Notes: a model not told the origin generated them from the sequence alone. 64,000 nt of DNA from Bacillota bacterium (GCA_963666425.2 OY762825.2:2400001-2464000), one strand, 5' to 3'; positions 29,964 through 39,749 are shown, counted from the stretch's first letter. Translations and numbers: made by a program.

Positions 29964-30252
29964 TCTATAAAACCGGAAAATTATCGTAATCGTCTAATTC
30001 CTGGAAAATAAACATATTCTTCAAGCTCTAACGTGGATTTGTTTACGAACCCGAATTTCACAGCGGTGAGGGTCGCTGCTTAAAAATCAATTAAGATCAT
30101 GTGATCAGTCACTAAAGCTGCAAGTTATATAACACGATTCAAAACCCAGTCGGATTTTTATCTGATTGGGCATTTTATTAAAACTTGTAAATTGACTTTT
30201 TCTACACTATAATAAATTGTATGAAGATTATTTATGTTGCAGGAGGGTTAGG

Positions 30253-30720
30253 ATGAGCGGAATTAAGCACGAAAGCATGAATCACATTCCACGAAAACAC
30301 AAATGTGAACACAAGGACTATGAATATTATAAGCGAGTGTTCCTTTCAAGAGAGGACGCAAGTCAATGCACTGTGTCAGTCTATGAAATACCACCACATA
30401 AATCTGCCTATCCATACCATTCTCATTCTAATAATGAAGAAGTTTTCTATATCATTAGCGGAACTGGTTTGCTCAAAGCACCGGAAGGTGAGAGAAATGT
30501 TTCTGCCGGAGACTTACTGTTCTTTCCCGCCAATCAAACAGGTGCGCACAAGTTAACAAATACTTCCGAAACAGACACTCTCGTATATATAGATTTTGAT
30601 ACCACAAATGATATTGATGTGGCATTTTATCCTGACTCTCAGAAAATCGGAGTATGGGGTAAGGGTATTAATAAAGTGTATAAAATAGATGAAAATGTGG
30701 ATTATTACAAAGGCGAGTAG
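30253..30720 (+). CDS. Cupin-domain protein
   Basis: PYHSHSNNEEVFYIISGTG...AGDLLFFP...AHKLTN...YPDSQKIG; RBS GGAGG. Confidence 0.9.
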   Translation: MSGIKHESMNHIPRKHKCEHKDYEYYKRVFLSREDASQCTVSVYEIPPHKSAYPYHSHSNNEEVFYIISGTGLLKAPEGERNVSAGDLLFFPANQTGAHKLTNTSETDTLVYIDFDTTNDIDVAFYPDSQKIGVWGKGINKVYKIDENVDYYKGE

Positions 30721-31033
30721 CTGCTCAAACGATATCAGACTTGGGTTCAATGCCTGATCATCGGACACTGCAATGAAAATTACTATGCAGAAGTGCATTG
30801 AAAAGGGGGATTAAGAAATAAGGTGAATTAGCAAAACGGCCAAATATTGCAGCCAATTAGGAGCTGCAGATCTATGATGTTGGAATCACAACAAGTGCAG
30901 GGTTCAGAAAAAGGGGAGCCGTAACGCCATTGAGCGTATGGAACCGGCTTTCAGCTTATCGTTATAATCATAGAAACAGTGGAGAGATTCCACAAAACTA
31001 CAAATTGAACAAACTATAATAGGAGGAAATACC

Positions 31034-31516
31034 ATGAACAGAAAATTAGTAGCCTATTTCTCCGTTAGTGGAGTGACTAAAAAAGCTGCGGAAAACCTTA
31101 GCAAAGCCATTGGTGCAGATCTATTTGAGATCAAACCGGAAGTCCCCTATACGACAAAAGATTTGAATTGGCGGGATAAAACCGCCCGCAGCACGATTGA
31201 AATGAACGACTTGAGTTTCCGTCCTGCCATCACCGGTAAATGCGAAAAAATAGACGACTATGATACCATTTTTGTTGGATTCCCGATTTGGTGGTACATT
31301 GCGCCGACCATTATCAACACCTTTTTAGAAGACTACGATCTATCGGGTAAAACCATCGTTCCCTTTGCTACCTCAGGCGGCAGCGGTATGGGTGAAACCA
31401 ACAAGAAGCTTCAGCCAAGTTGCCCGAACAGCAAACTCTTGGATGGCAAGATCCTCAACAGAGCTTCTGAAGCCGAACTAATCACTTGGATGGAAAGCTT
31501 GAAACTAGGAAATTAG
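31034..31516 (+). CDS. Flavodoxin (Flavodoxin_4 type)
   Basis: LVAYFSVSGVT, GFPIWW, PFATSGGSG. Confidence 0.9.
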   Translation: MNRKLVAYFSVSGVTKKAAENLSKAIGADLFEIKPEVPYTTKDLNWRDKTARSTIEMNDLSFRPAITGKCEKIDDYDTIFVGFPIWWYIAPTIINTFLEDYDLSGKTIVPFATSGGSGMGETNKKLQPSCPNSKLLDGKILNRASEAELITWMESLKLGN

Positions 31517-31576
31517 TGTACCAAGGGGACGGGGGTGTTGGCACACTGTGCCAACACCCCCGTCCCCTTGGTACAC
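31516..31576. repeat. REP-like long palindrome, copy 2 (30-bp perfect arms, 1-nt centre)
   Basis: GTGTACCAAGGGGACGGGGGTGTTGGCACA-C-TGTGCCAACACCCCCGTCCCCTTGGTACAC. Confidence 0.9.
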
Positions 31577-31600
31577 GCTCGGATGAAAGAGAGAATAAAA

Positions 31601-32689
31601 ATGAGAAAATTCATCAAAGGCCTCGAACTCTGTGAACGCTTTTTTGATGAGGCTGTAAAACCTATTTTAACTGACCAATTTCCGTCTTTGCAGTATTCAG
31701 CCGGATTGATCGGCTACGGTTCGGATGTTCTGGGATTTGACGATGAAGTCTCCACCGATCATATGTGGGGACCGCGTCTTTATTTATTTCTCGAGGAAAA
31801 AGAGATCGGTTTCAAGGAGCGAATCCTTACCGTTTTATCAGAAAACCTTCCTTATATGTACTTGGGATACAGCGTGAATTTTTCTGTACCGAATACGGAA
31901 GACGGCGGTATACGACATGCGGAATTGATCACCAGTGGGGCAGTCTCGCCGCTGATTGATATCCATACAATCCATGAGTATTTGCTGGATTATCTTGGCA
32001 CCAACAACCTAACCAATCTTTCCGCGCTTGATTGGCTTGCTTTTTCGGAAAATAAGCTTCTCTCTCTTACATCCGGGAAACTGTTTGTGGATGATTTACA
32101 ACTGAGGAAATTGCTGGACAAGCTTCACTTTTATCCCCCGGAGGTACAATTATTTCTTATTGCTTCCAATTGGTCACTGATCGCAGAAGAACAGGCCTTT
32201 GTCAAGCGTTGTGCAGATGTTGGTGATGAGATAGGCTCCATTCTTGTTTGCGGAAGAATTGCCGAACGATTAATGCGGTTGGCTTTCTTATATTGCGGGC
32301 AATATGCGCCTTACAGCAAATGGTTTGGCAAAGCATTTAGCCGATTGCCGTTGGATGAAAAGATCAAATCAACCATACTGAACGCTGTGCGGGCAGACAA
32401 TATTGCAGACAGAGAGAATAATATTGTGCTTGCACAGCAATCACTGGCAGATTTACACAATTCCCTGAAGATAACGAAATTCGTCGATACTAAAATTGGC
32501 AGCTATTTCAACAGAGATATCAAAGTGATTGCGGCAAAGCAGCTATCTGCTGAAACACATAAAAAGCTAGCGGGAACACCACTGGAGAATTATCCGTTGA
32601 TTGGCTCATTATCAGCAGTAGCGAATTTTGTTACTTTAACGGATTACCCAGATTATCGTGAAAATATCAAGGTTCTTTATAAAGGCTAA
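31601..32689 (+). CDS. DUF4037-domain protein (nucleotidyltransferase-like N-terminus)
   Basis: GLIGYGSDVLGFDDEVSTDHMWGPR, TSGKLFVD, YAPYSKW. Confidence 0.8.
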   Translation: MRKFIKGLELCERFFDEAVKPILTDQFPSLQYSAGLIGYGSDVLGFDDEVSTDHMWGPRLYLFLEEKEIGFKERILTVLSENLPYMYLGYSVNFSVPNTEDGGIRHAELITSGAVSPLIDIHTIHEYLLDYLGTNNLTNLSALDWLAFSENKLLSLTSGKLFVDDLQLRKLLDKLHFYPPEVQLFLIASNWSLIAEEQAFVKRCADVGDEIGSILVCGRIAERLMRLAFLYCGQYAPYSKWFGKAFSRLPLDEKIKSTILNAVRADNIADRENNIVLAQQSLADLHNSLKITKFVDTKIGSYFNRDIKVIAAKQLSAETHKKLAGTPLENYPLIGSLSAVANFVTLTDYPDYRENIKVLYKG

Positions 32690-32745
32690 TGGCTTTGTAA
32701 AAGAGTCTTCATAATCCTAAAGATGGTTGCCTGCAGAAATAACTG

Positions 32746-32834
32746 AGTCAATACCTATTTAGAAATATTTTAAAATAGGTATTGACTTCTTTGTTGTACT
32801 GCGTTAGAATCTATTTAGATCAATTTCTAAATAG
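32746..32834 (+). promoter_or_regulatory. sdpR operon promoter flanked by two palindromic operators
   Basis: TTGACT(32782)-17 bp-TAGAAT(32805). CTATTTAGA-N6-TTAAAATAG at 32755-32778 and CTATTTAGA-N6-TCTAAATAG at 32811-32834. Confidence 0.8.
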
Positions 32835-32852
32835 CAATGAGGGGGTGGTGGA

Positions 32853-33128
32853 TTGGGGTTTGCAGAAACATTTAAAGCCTTGTCTGATCCTGTGCGGCGT
32901 GAAATATTGGTCATGCTGCGTAACGGTAAATTATCTGCCGGTGAAATAGGAAAAGCCTTTGCCATGAGTGGCGCTACGGTTTCCTATCATTTATCACAGT
33001 TAAAAAAGGCAGGGTTGGTTACCGAAAGCAAATATAAAAATTTCGTATATTATGAACTGAATGCTTCAGTATTTGAAGAAGTCATGCTGTGGTTTTCACA
33101 ATTTGGAGGAAATAAGGATGAAAAATAA
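32853..33128 (+). CDS. sdpR: SdpR-family (ArsR) autorepressor
   Basis: FKALSDPVRREIL...LSAGEI...TVSYHLSQLKKAGLV...KNFVYYELNASVFEE. TTG start; lies upstream of sdpI. Confidence 0.85.
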   Translation: MGFAETFKALSDPVRREILVMLRNGKLSAGEIGKAFAMSGATVSYHLSQLKKAGLVTESKYKNFVYYELNASVFEEVMLWFSQFGGNKDEK

Positions 33129-33750
33129 AACAACGATTTTGTCTACTGTGCTCTGTCTCTTGCCGATTCTTTTAGCGGTTGCTGTTTATGATAAACTGCC
33201 CCAGCAGATCGCCATTCACTTTTCTGCGACCGGGAATCCAGACAACTACGCTCCCAAGGCATTCGCGGCCTTTGGGATTCCGCTTTTGTTGGCCGCCGTC
33301 AATTTGTATTCCAATTTTCGGGTAAATACCGATCCTAAAGTAGAAAAAGCGTCTGCTTCACTGCGTCTGCTGTCAAGATGGCTGTTGCCGTTGTTGTCTG
33401 TGGTCATCGTTCCAGTCACGCTCTTTTTAGCAATGGGTAAGCAAATTCCAATTGTGATGATCACTTCAGCACTGACCGGCTGTGTCGTTGTAATTTGTGG
33501 CAATTTCCTACCCAAGTGCAGACGGAATTATACGATTGGCATCAAGTTGCCGTGGACCTTGGATAATGAAGACAATTGGAATCGCACACACCGCTTCGCG
33601 GGTTTTGTCTGGGTGTTCGGTGGTTTTCTGATCATCATCAATGCGTTTATTCATATCTCTTATTTGCTGATTGCCGTAGTGATCGGTTTGCTCTTACTGC
33701 CACCCATCTATTCCTATTCGCTTTATCGTAAGCAAGTGAAAGAAAGCTAA
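33118..33750 (+). CDS. sdpI: SdpI-family immunity membrane protein (DUF1648 + SdpI)
   Basis: LPQQIAIHF..G.PD, GNFLPKCRRNYTIGIKLPWTL...NWNRTHRFAG. Confidence 0.88.
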   Translation: MKNKTTILSTVLCLLPILLAVAVYDKLPQQIAIHFSATGNPDNYAPKAFAAFGIPLLLAAVNLYSNFRVNTDPKVEKASASLRLLSRWLLPLLSVVIVPVTLFLAMGKQIPIVMITSALTGCVVVICGNFLPKCRRNYTIGIKLPWTLDNEDNWNRTHRFAGFVWVFGGFLIIINAFIHISYLLIAVVIGLLLLPPIYSYSLYRKQVKES

Positions 33751-33754
33751 AAAT

Positions 33755-34456
33755 ATGGCAGTGTTTGCTAGCATTTTCACGATTCTTTGCGCTTTTGCTT
33801 TACCTTTCGCCGCGTCCATTGCTTTTACGAAGCGATTTCACGGAAGCTGGAAACCGCTGATTTTTGGAGCGTTTACCTTTCTCGTTTTTCAAGTGCTGCT
33901 TCGATTTCCCCTCCTGCAGCTCGTTCTGCCAAATATCGGATGGTACTCCACCTTCAGTATAACGCAGCCGATTCTGTATTCTATTTTTCTCGGTGTCAGT
34001 GCTGGGTTATTCGAAGAATTCGGCCGCTATTTCGTGATGCTGCTTTTTCTGCGAAAAAAACCGGATACGATCAGTGCAATCGCTTTTGGCATTGGGCACG
34101 GTGGTATTGAAGCCATCCTTTTATCGGGAATCAACGCCTTGCTGACACTGGTCATGAATGCGTCGACCGCTTCTACCGGGATGATCTTTGCATCGGGTCT
34201 GGAGCGGCTTTCTGCGATGTCATTGCATATTGCCTGGTCTGTCCTGATCATGAAAGCCATACGTGAGAAACGGTTCCGCTGGGTATGGCTTGCTTTTTTC
34301 TTACATAGCCTAGTGGATTCTGCTGCGACAGTCGCTGTTTATTTCGGTATCCCAGTTTGGCTGATCGAAGCAGCTCTAGTTCTATGCGCAGTTTTCTCAT
34401 GGACTATTGTGATTTCAGAATATAAAAAGGAGCGAATTCAAGATGAAAAAAACTAA
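33755..34456 (+). CDS. YhfC-family intramembrane glutamic/metalloprotease
   Basis: AGLFEEFGRY, FGIGHGGIEA, ERLSAMSLH, LHSLVD. Confidence 0.85.
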   Translation: MAVFASIFTILCAFALPFAASIAFTKRFHGSWKPLIFGAFTFLVFQVLLRFPLLQLVLPNIGWYSTFSITQPILYSIFLGVSAGLFEEFGRYFVMLLFLRKKPDTISAIAFGIGHGGIEAILLSGINALLTLVMNASTASTGMIFASGLERLSAMSLHIAWSVLIMKAIREKRFRWVWLAFFLHSLVDSAATVAVYFGIPVWLIEAALVLCAVFSWTIVISEYKKERIQDEKN

Positions 34457-34862
34457 AATTGGCCTGTTGCTGCTTCTGGTGGGAATGATTCTCTGTTCCT
34501 TCGTGGGATGTTCATCCAATAAGCTGGCCGACATCTACGCAGAAGATGAAGTAATCGCAAGAGCAAAGCAAGTGGTTGAAGTGATTCATTCGCTTGACTA
34601 CCCATTAATGATTCACGAACTGCGTGAGGATTTAAGAAATCAGCTGACCGCAGAGCAACTGAAGGAAACCTGGGATGCGAAATTGACAAAGGTAGGAGAA
34701 TTTAAGGAATATACCGCCACCGCAACGACCGGTCAAAAAAGTAAAACTACCGAGGAGGAGTATGCTGTGGCGGTACTAACCTGTAAATACGTCAATTCCA
34801 GTTTGACATATACGATTGTCATGGATAAAAACTTGGATGTGGTTGGTATGTATATGAAATAG
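34443..34862 (+). CDS. DUF3887-like lipoprotein
   Basis: Lipobox FVGC, LKETWD...VGEF, C-terminal D....VGMYMK. Confidence 0.7.
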   Translation: MKKTKIGLLLLLVGMILCSFVGCSSNKLADIYAEDEVIARAKQVVEVIHSLDYPLMIHELREDLRNQLTAEQLKETWDAKLTKVGEFKEYTATATTGQKSKTTEEEYAVAVLTCKYVNSSLTYTIVMDKNLDVVGMYMK

Positions 34863-35049
34863 TTTGCTTTGTCGTCATCACGGCAAAACCGATTGTTGAT
34901 TGGCATCATCAACCAGAATATTGCGGCTGTGAGATAAGGACCAGCAGTTTAGGCCGATTACCTAAACGGGTTGGTCCTTTTGTTCTGGTTTGGTAAATCG
35001 CTTGCTTTCGCGTGGTATGATTGATTGGGAAGGTTTTTGAACAGGAGGC

Positions 35050-35808
35050 ATGCATAGAATGTTAAGTGATCTTTATGTGACTGGGGTTAAGCTGACGAGA
35101 GCGATCCCTCAAGACAGCTATCTGCACAAATTACCGGTGGTCAGACACTTGCGTGAGATGGATGAATTACCCCTGACGAGACGCGTAACCTTTCTTGTCG
35201 GTGAAAATGGCATCGGCAAATCCACCCTGATCGAAGCGATTGCTGTGTCAATGGGTTTCAATCCGGAAGGTGGGACCTGCAATTTCAATTTTTCGACCGA
35301 GGATTCTCATTCTGAGCTCTATCGCTATTTAACCATCTGCAAAGGAGTAAAGCGGCATAGAGATGGCTTTTTCCTGCGTGCAGAAAGCTTTTATAACCTG
35401 GCGTCGAACATTGATCAATTGGATCATGAACCCTCCTTTGGAGCATCGCTGATCGCAAGTTATGGCGGTGTATCCTTACATAAGCAATCTCATGGCGAGA
35501 GCTTTATGGCATTGGTAGAAAATCGCTTTAGTGGTCATGGCCTTTATCTGCTCGACGAACCGGAAGCGGCTTTGTCACCTTCGCGTCTGCTGCGGCTGCT
35601 CTGCCGTATCGACGATTTGGTGAAACAGGACTCGCAATTTATTATCTCTACTCATTCGCCAATCCTGATGGCGTTTCCCGGTGCAGAGGTACTCGAACTC
35701 TCAGAAAGTGGAATTCACTCTGTCCCATATCAGGAAACCGAGCATTTTCGTCTGACCAAACAGTTTTTGAATGCTCCGGAAAAAATGCTGAAATACCTGT
35801 TTGAATAG
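35050..35808 (+). CDS. Stand-alone ABC/AAA-type ATPase (COG3910-like)
   Basis: GENGIGKST, GFNPEGG, FFLRAESF, SHGESF, LLDEPE, STHSPIL. Confidence 0.88.
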   Translation: MHRMLSDLYVTGVKLTRAIPQDSYLHKLPVVRHLREMDELPLTRRVTFLVGENGIGKSTLIEAIAVSMGFNPEGGTCNFNFSTEDSHSELYRYLTICKGVKRHRDGFFLRAESFYNLASNIDQLDHEPSFGASLIASYGGVSLHKQSHGESFMALVENRFSGHGLYLLDEPEAALSPSRLLRLLCRIDDLVKQDSQFIISTHSPILMAFPGAEVLELSESGIHSVPYQETEHFRLTKQFLNAPEKMLKYLFE

Positions 35809-35902
35809 TTTAGGATCGCTATGTGCTGTTTCGCTCCTGCAGACTGACTGAGGTAGGTGTAAAAGTTGTTCAAACTTCTGAACTTAACTTGCAGCGCACC
35901 AT

Positions 35903-35920
35903 CTTAAGATAGCCTTAAGA
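35903..35920 (+). promoter_or_regulatory. Putative VanR box upstream of vanRS
   Basis: CTTAAGA-TAGC-CTTAAGA, an 11-bp-period direct repeat typical of OmpR-family sites. Confidence 0.7.
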
Positions 35921-36005
35921 ATTTGATCATAGAAAAACTGTATAATAATCTACGATTTACTGCTATAATCAGAATGGATTATTAGAGTAAATAGGGAGCT
36001 GAACT

Positions 36006-36707
36006 ATGATGAAGGAGAAGATTCTGGTAGTTGATGATGAACAAGCGATTGCAGATTTGATCGAAGTTTACCTTGAAAGTGAGAACTTTATTATATATAA
36101 ATTTTATAATGGACGAGACGCTATCCAGTGTGTTGAAAACGAAATTCTGGACTTGGCCATTCTAGACATTATGCTGCCGGATATGAACGGTTTCACGGTC
36201 TGCCAGCAAATAAGAATAAAACATAATTTTCCAATCATCATGCTTACTGCGAAGGATGAAGAAATCGATAAAATTACCGGTCTCACCTTAGGTGCGGATG
36301 ATTATATCACCAAACCGTTTCGCCCATTGGAAATGGTTGCCAGGGTCAAAGCGCAATTACGCAGATTCAAAAAATACAATTCTACCGAGTTTACCCAAGA
36401 GGATAATATCATTGAGTTTACCGGATTCATTTTAAATAGGGATAAACATGAATGTTTGCTTAATGAGCGGCAACTCTCTCTAACTCCAATCGAGTTTTCT
36501 ATTCTGTGGGTCCTAGCCTCCAATCGTGGACGAGTGGTCAGTTCGGAAGAATTGTATCTTGAGGTGTGGGGAGATAAGTATTTCACCAACAGCAATAATA
36601 CGGTCATGGTACATATCAGACATCTGAGGGTAAAAATGCACGATAGAACAGAAAATCCGAAATACATAAAAACAGTATGGGGGGTTGGCTACAAAATTGA
36701 AGAGTAA
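36006..36707 (+). CDS. vanR: VanR-type OmpR-family response regulator
   Basis: VVDDE, LDIMLP, KITGLTLGADDYITKPFRPLE, NNTVMVHIRHLR.KM.D..ENPKYIKTVWGVGYKIE; context supports the call. Confidence 0.9.
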   Translation: MMKEKILVVDDEQAIADLIEVYLESENFIIYKFYNGRDAIQCVENEILDLAILDIMLPDMNGFTVCQQIRIKHNFPIIMLTAKDEEIDKITGLTLGADDYITKPFRPLEMVARVKAQLRRFKKYNSTEFTQEDNIIEFTGFILNRDKHECLLNERQLSLTPIEFSILWVLASNRGRVVSSEELYLEVWGDKYFTNSNNTVMVHIRHLRVKMHDRTENPKYIKTVWGVGYKIEE

Positions 36708-37815
36708 TTTCCGTTCCGGGTTTATGAAAAAGACCATTCTTCACTGCATCAGAGCAGAGATTTACGCGTCAGTTTTGTATGTGATGATACTTGCGGCGGG
36801 ATATTTTATTGTTCGTTACATCATTTGGCAACCGTCGCTTCTGTATCAATTCCTAAGGAGTTTAGTCCTTTATATCACCATTTTGATTCCAGTGGTATGG
36901 CTGATCATGGTTCTCATTATCATTTATTCTTACTGGAATAAGACAGCTGGTTATATAGAAGATGTCGTAGATGCTAGCAGAACACTGATTCAGCCGGATG
37001 ACGAAGACATCAAACTGTCGGAAGAACTGCGAGAAATTGAAAACAGTATGAATCAGATTAAAAAAACCGCGTTGAAGAATAAGCGGGAGGCCAAAGAAGC
37101 AGAACAGCGAAAAAATGATCTTGTGGTTAACCTTGCACATGATATCCGAACACCGCTTTCTTCCGTCATTGGATATCTAAACCTTCTAGACGAAGCACCT
37201 GATATGCCATCGGAACAGAGGATGAAATATACTGGTATTACTTTAGAAAAAGCTTATCGGTTGGAGCAATTGATTGATGAATTTTTCGAGATAACACGTT
37301 TTAACTTAAGCTCTATTGTGTTGAGCAAGAGGAAAATCAAACTTGCCTTTATGTTGCAGCAAATGGCCGACGAATTTTATCCAATGTTGGCTCCTCAAGG
37401 TAAACAAGCTGTTGTCCATGTATCGGATAGTCTTATTTTATGGGGAGACGCAGACAAACTCTCCCGCGTTTTTAACAATATTCTGAAAAATGCGATAGCG
37501 TATAGTTTTGAAGAAAGTATAATTACAATCACAGCTTTTTCTCAGGAATCAAATGTTGTCATCCAGTTTCTGGATCATGGAGATCCCATTCCCACGCAGA
37601 AACTAGACACGATTTTTGAAAGATTCTATCGGCTTGACGCCGCCCGTTCATCAAATACTGGGGGTGCCGGACTAGGCCTAGCTATTGCTAAGGAAATCAT
37701 CAGCGCTCATGGAGGTTCTATTTCTGCTCAAAGTGATGAAAATGAAACTATTTTTACTGTCAGATTGCCAAATGCTGAGGTTATAAACGAACAAACGCTC
37801 AGTTTTCTGAAGTAA
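36685..37815 (+). CDS. vanS: VanS-type sensor histidine kinase
   Basis: Two TM helices, EQRKNDLVVNLAHDIRTPLSSVIGYL, EQLIDEFFEITR, RVFNNILKNA, GGAGLGLAIA. Start could be TTG 36685 or ATG 36724. Confidence 0.9.
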   Translation: MATKLKSNFRSGFMKKTILHCIRAEIYASVLYVMILAAGYFIVRYIIWQPSLLYQFLRSLVLYITILIPVVWLIMVLIIIYSYWNKTAGYIEDVVDASRTLIQPDDEDIKLSEELREIENSMNQIKKTALKNKREAKEAEQRKNDLVVNLAHDIRTPLSSVIGYLNLLDEAPDMPSEQRMKYTGITLEKAYRLEQLIDEFFEITRFNLSSIVLSKRKIKLAFMLQQMADEFYPMLAPQGKQAVVHVSDSLILWGDADKLSRVFNNILKNAIAYSFEESIITITAFSQESNVVIQFLDHGDPIPTQKLDTIFERFYRLDAARSSNTGGAGLGLAIAKEIISAHGGSISAQSDENETIFTVRLPNAEVINEQTLSFLK

Positions 37816-37838
37816 AAAACAGTTTTTCATCAGTTTTT

Positions 37839-37856
37839 CTTAAGAGGATCCTAAGT
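37839..37856 (+). promoter_or_regulatory. Putative VanR box upstream of the ligase operon
   Basis: CTTAAGA-GGAT-CCTAAGT, same spacing as the box at 35903. Confidence 0.65.
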
Positions 37857-37941
37857 AAAAAATCATTTGCTACCTGTTCGATTTTGGTAAGATGAAATTA
37901 CCATATTGAACAGTTTTTTTTATATTTTGCGGAGGGATAAG

Positions 37942-38994
37942 ATGAATAAGAAAACAGTAGCAGTGATATTTGGCGGCTATTCTAACGAATACGAGGTTTC
38001 ATTACAGTCGGCATATTCGATGATAGAAAATCTTAGCACAGAAAAGTATAATGTTATTTTACTTGGTATTACCCAGCAGGGTGAATGGTTGAAGTACAGC
38101 GGAAATATCGAGCAAATACTAAGTAATACCTGGCAGAAACATATTACCTGCGTTCCTGCTGTTATTTCACCCGATCGCAAGATTCATGGTATTATTCTTA
38201 CACCTGAAAAAGGAAAGACCGCTATAATCCCTATTGATGTGGCTTTCCCTATTCTGCATGGAAAAAATGGTGAAGATGGCACCGTTCAAGGATTGCTCGA
38301 ATTGGCTGGTATCCCCTATGTTGGATGTGGCATACTCAGTTCGGCGCTCTGTATGGATAAGGACATTGCTCACAAGCTGGTGAGTCTGGCAGGGATAAAA
38401 ACACCAGTCTCCATCGTTTTGTGCTCGCAGATTTCAGAGGTGGAGTTATTAAAACGGACAGCACATTTGCATTATCCTTTATTTGTGAAGCCAGCGAATG
38501 CCGGTTCCTCTTTTGGTATCACAAAGGTGCTCGAAACCGGTGATTTGTCAGGCGCGGTGGAGACAGCATTTCGATATGACAGCAAAGTTATTCTTGAAGA
38601 AGCCATCTCCGGTTTCGAGGTTGGTTGTGCTGTGCTTGGCAATCGTACGCTCACGATCGGGGAGGTTGATGAAATTGAATTGTCACAAGGATTCTTTGAC
38701 TATATAGAAAAATACACATTGAAAACATCCAAAATTCATATGCCTGCTCGAATTGATGCAGAGGTTACAGAGCGTATCAAACAGACCGCAGCGACAATAT
38801 ATCGTACACTGAACTGCAGCGGTCTCGCTCGGGTGGATATGTTTCTTACCCCAGAAAAAGAAATTGTGTTTAGCGAAGTCAATACAATTCCGGGATTCAC
38901 TTCCCATAGCCGATACCCAAATATGCTCAAAGGCATCGGTATGTCTTTTGAGCAGATTGTTGATGAACTGATCAGGTTGGCAATATGTCAATGA
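37942..38994 (+). CDS. vanG: D-Ala-D-Ser ligase, VanG-like
   Basis: Ddl motifs HGKNGEDG, GSSFG and EVNTIPG, plus omega-loop FFDYIEKY and SRYP, both signatures of D-Ala-D-Ser ligases. Confidence 0.88.
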   Translation: MNKKTVAVIFGGYSNEYEVSLQSAYSMIENLSTEKYNVILLGITQQGEWLKYSGNIEQILSNTWQKHITCVPAVISPDRKIHGIILTPEKGKTAIIPIDVAFPILHGKNGEDGTVQGLLELAGIPYVGCGILSSALCMDKDIAHKLVSLAGIKTPVSIVLCSQISEVELLKRTAHLHYPLFVKPANAGSSFGITKVLETGDLSGAVETAFRYDSKVILEEAISGFEVGCAVLGNRTLTIGEVDEIELSQGFFDYIEKYTLKTSKIHMPARIDAEVTERIKQTAATIYRTLNCSGLARVDMFLTPEKEIVFSEVNTIPGFTSHSRYPNMLKGIGMSFEQIVDELIRLAICQ

Positions 38995-39749
38995 AAACGC
39001 TAAAATTGAGCAGATCTGATGTTACCAGAGGAGCTCTGATCCTTGTGAATCCGTCCCATCCACTGCAAGAAGACAGGAAAGAGAATGAACTGCTGCCGCT
39101 TCGTTCCGTTGCTACTCCTATTCTTTTAGAAAGACAAGCAGCAAAAATGCTGGCGAAAGTCATGTCTTTCTTGGACTGCGGAGAGCAGATTACACTGGTC
39201 AGTGGCTACCGTAACCGGCGGGAACAACAAACAATCTATGAAGACACTTTGCGTGAGCAGGGAGAGGATTTTACCAACAAGTATGTTGCTATACCAGGGT
39301 GTAGTGAGCATCAGACGGGTCTAGCTATCGATCTTGCCGAAAATAAGAACGATATTGATCTGATCTGTCCGGATTTTCCTTATACCGGAGTTTGCGGGCA
39401 ATTCCGGGAGCTCGCAGCACAATATGGTTTTATCGAGCGCTATCCGGCTGAGCGAGAGAGTATTACGCATATCGCACATGAGCCATGGCATTTCCGCTAT
39501 GTTGGCTATCCACACTCTGAAATAATGAAAGAAAAAATGTTGACATTGGAAGAATATACAGACTACCTTAAGCAATTTCCTTATCACGATACTCATTTTA
39601 CTTTTACACAAAAAGGGCATTGTTTTGAAATTTTCTATGTTCTCATTCTGCCCGATATGGTGTCTGTGATAGAAATTCCCGATGCAACACCGTATCAGAT
39701 TTCCGGTAATAACGATGGCGGTGTCTTGGTAACGCTTTGGAGAGCTTAA
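38985..39749 (+). CDS. vanXY: D,D-dipeptidase/carboxypeptidase, VanXY(G)-like
   Basis: LILVN..HPL, SGYR, SEHQTGLAID, EPWHFRYVG and a C-terminal SGNN extension; no TM anchor. Confidence 0.88.
   Translation: MSMKTLKLSRSDVTRGALILVNPSHPLQEDRKENELLPLRSVATPILLERQAAKMLAKVMSFLDCGEQITLVSGYRNRREQQTIYEDTLREQGEDFTNKYVAIPGCSEHQTGLAIDLAENKNDIDLICPDFPYTGVCGQFRELAAQYGFIERYPAERESITHIAHEPWHFRYVGYPHSEIMKEKMLTLEEYTDYLKQFPYHDTHFTFTQKGHCFEIFYVLILPDMVSVIEIPDATPYQISGNNDGGVLVTLWRA

Noticed and set aside
30780-30960. Possible GNAT pseudogene fragment (SCRSMMLESQ)
   Set aside because: Too short and interrupted to support without a search.
35050-35808. ABC ATPase as part of a Septu/PARIS/Gabija-like defence system
   Set aside because: No adjacent nuclease or TOPRIM gene; it is a common stand-alone family.
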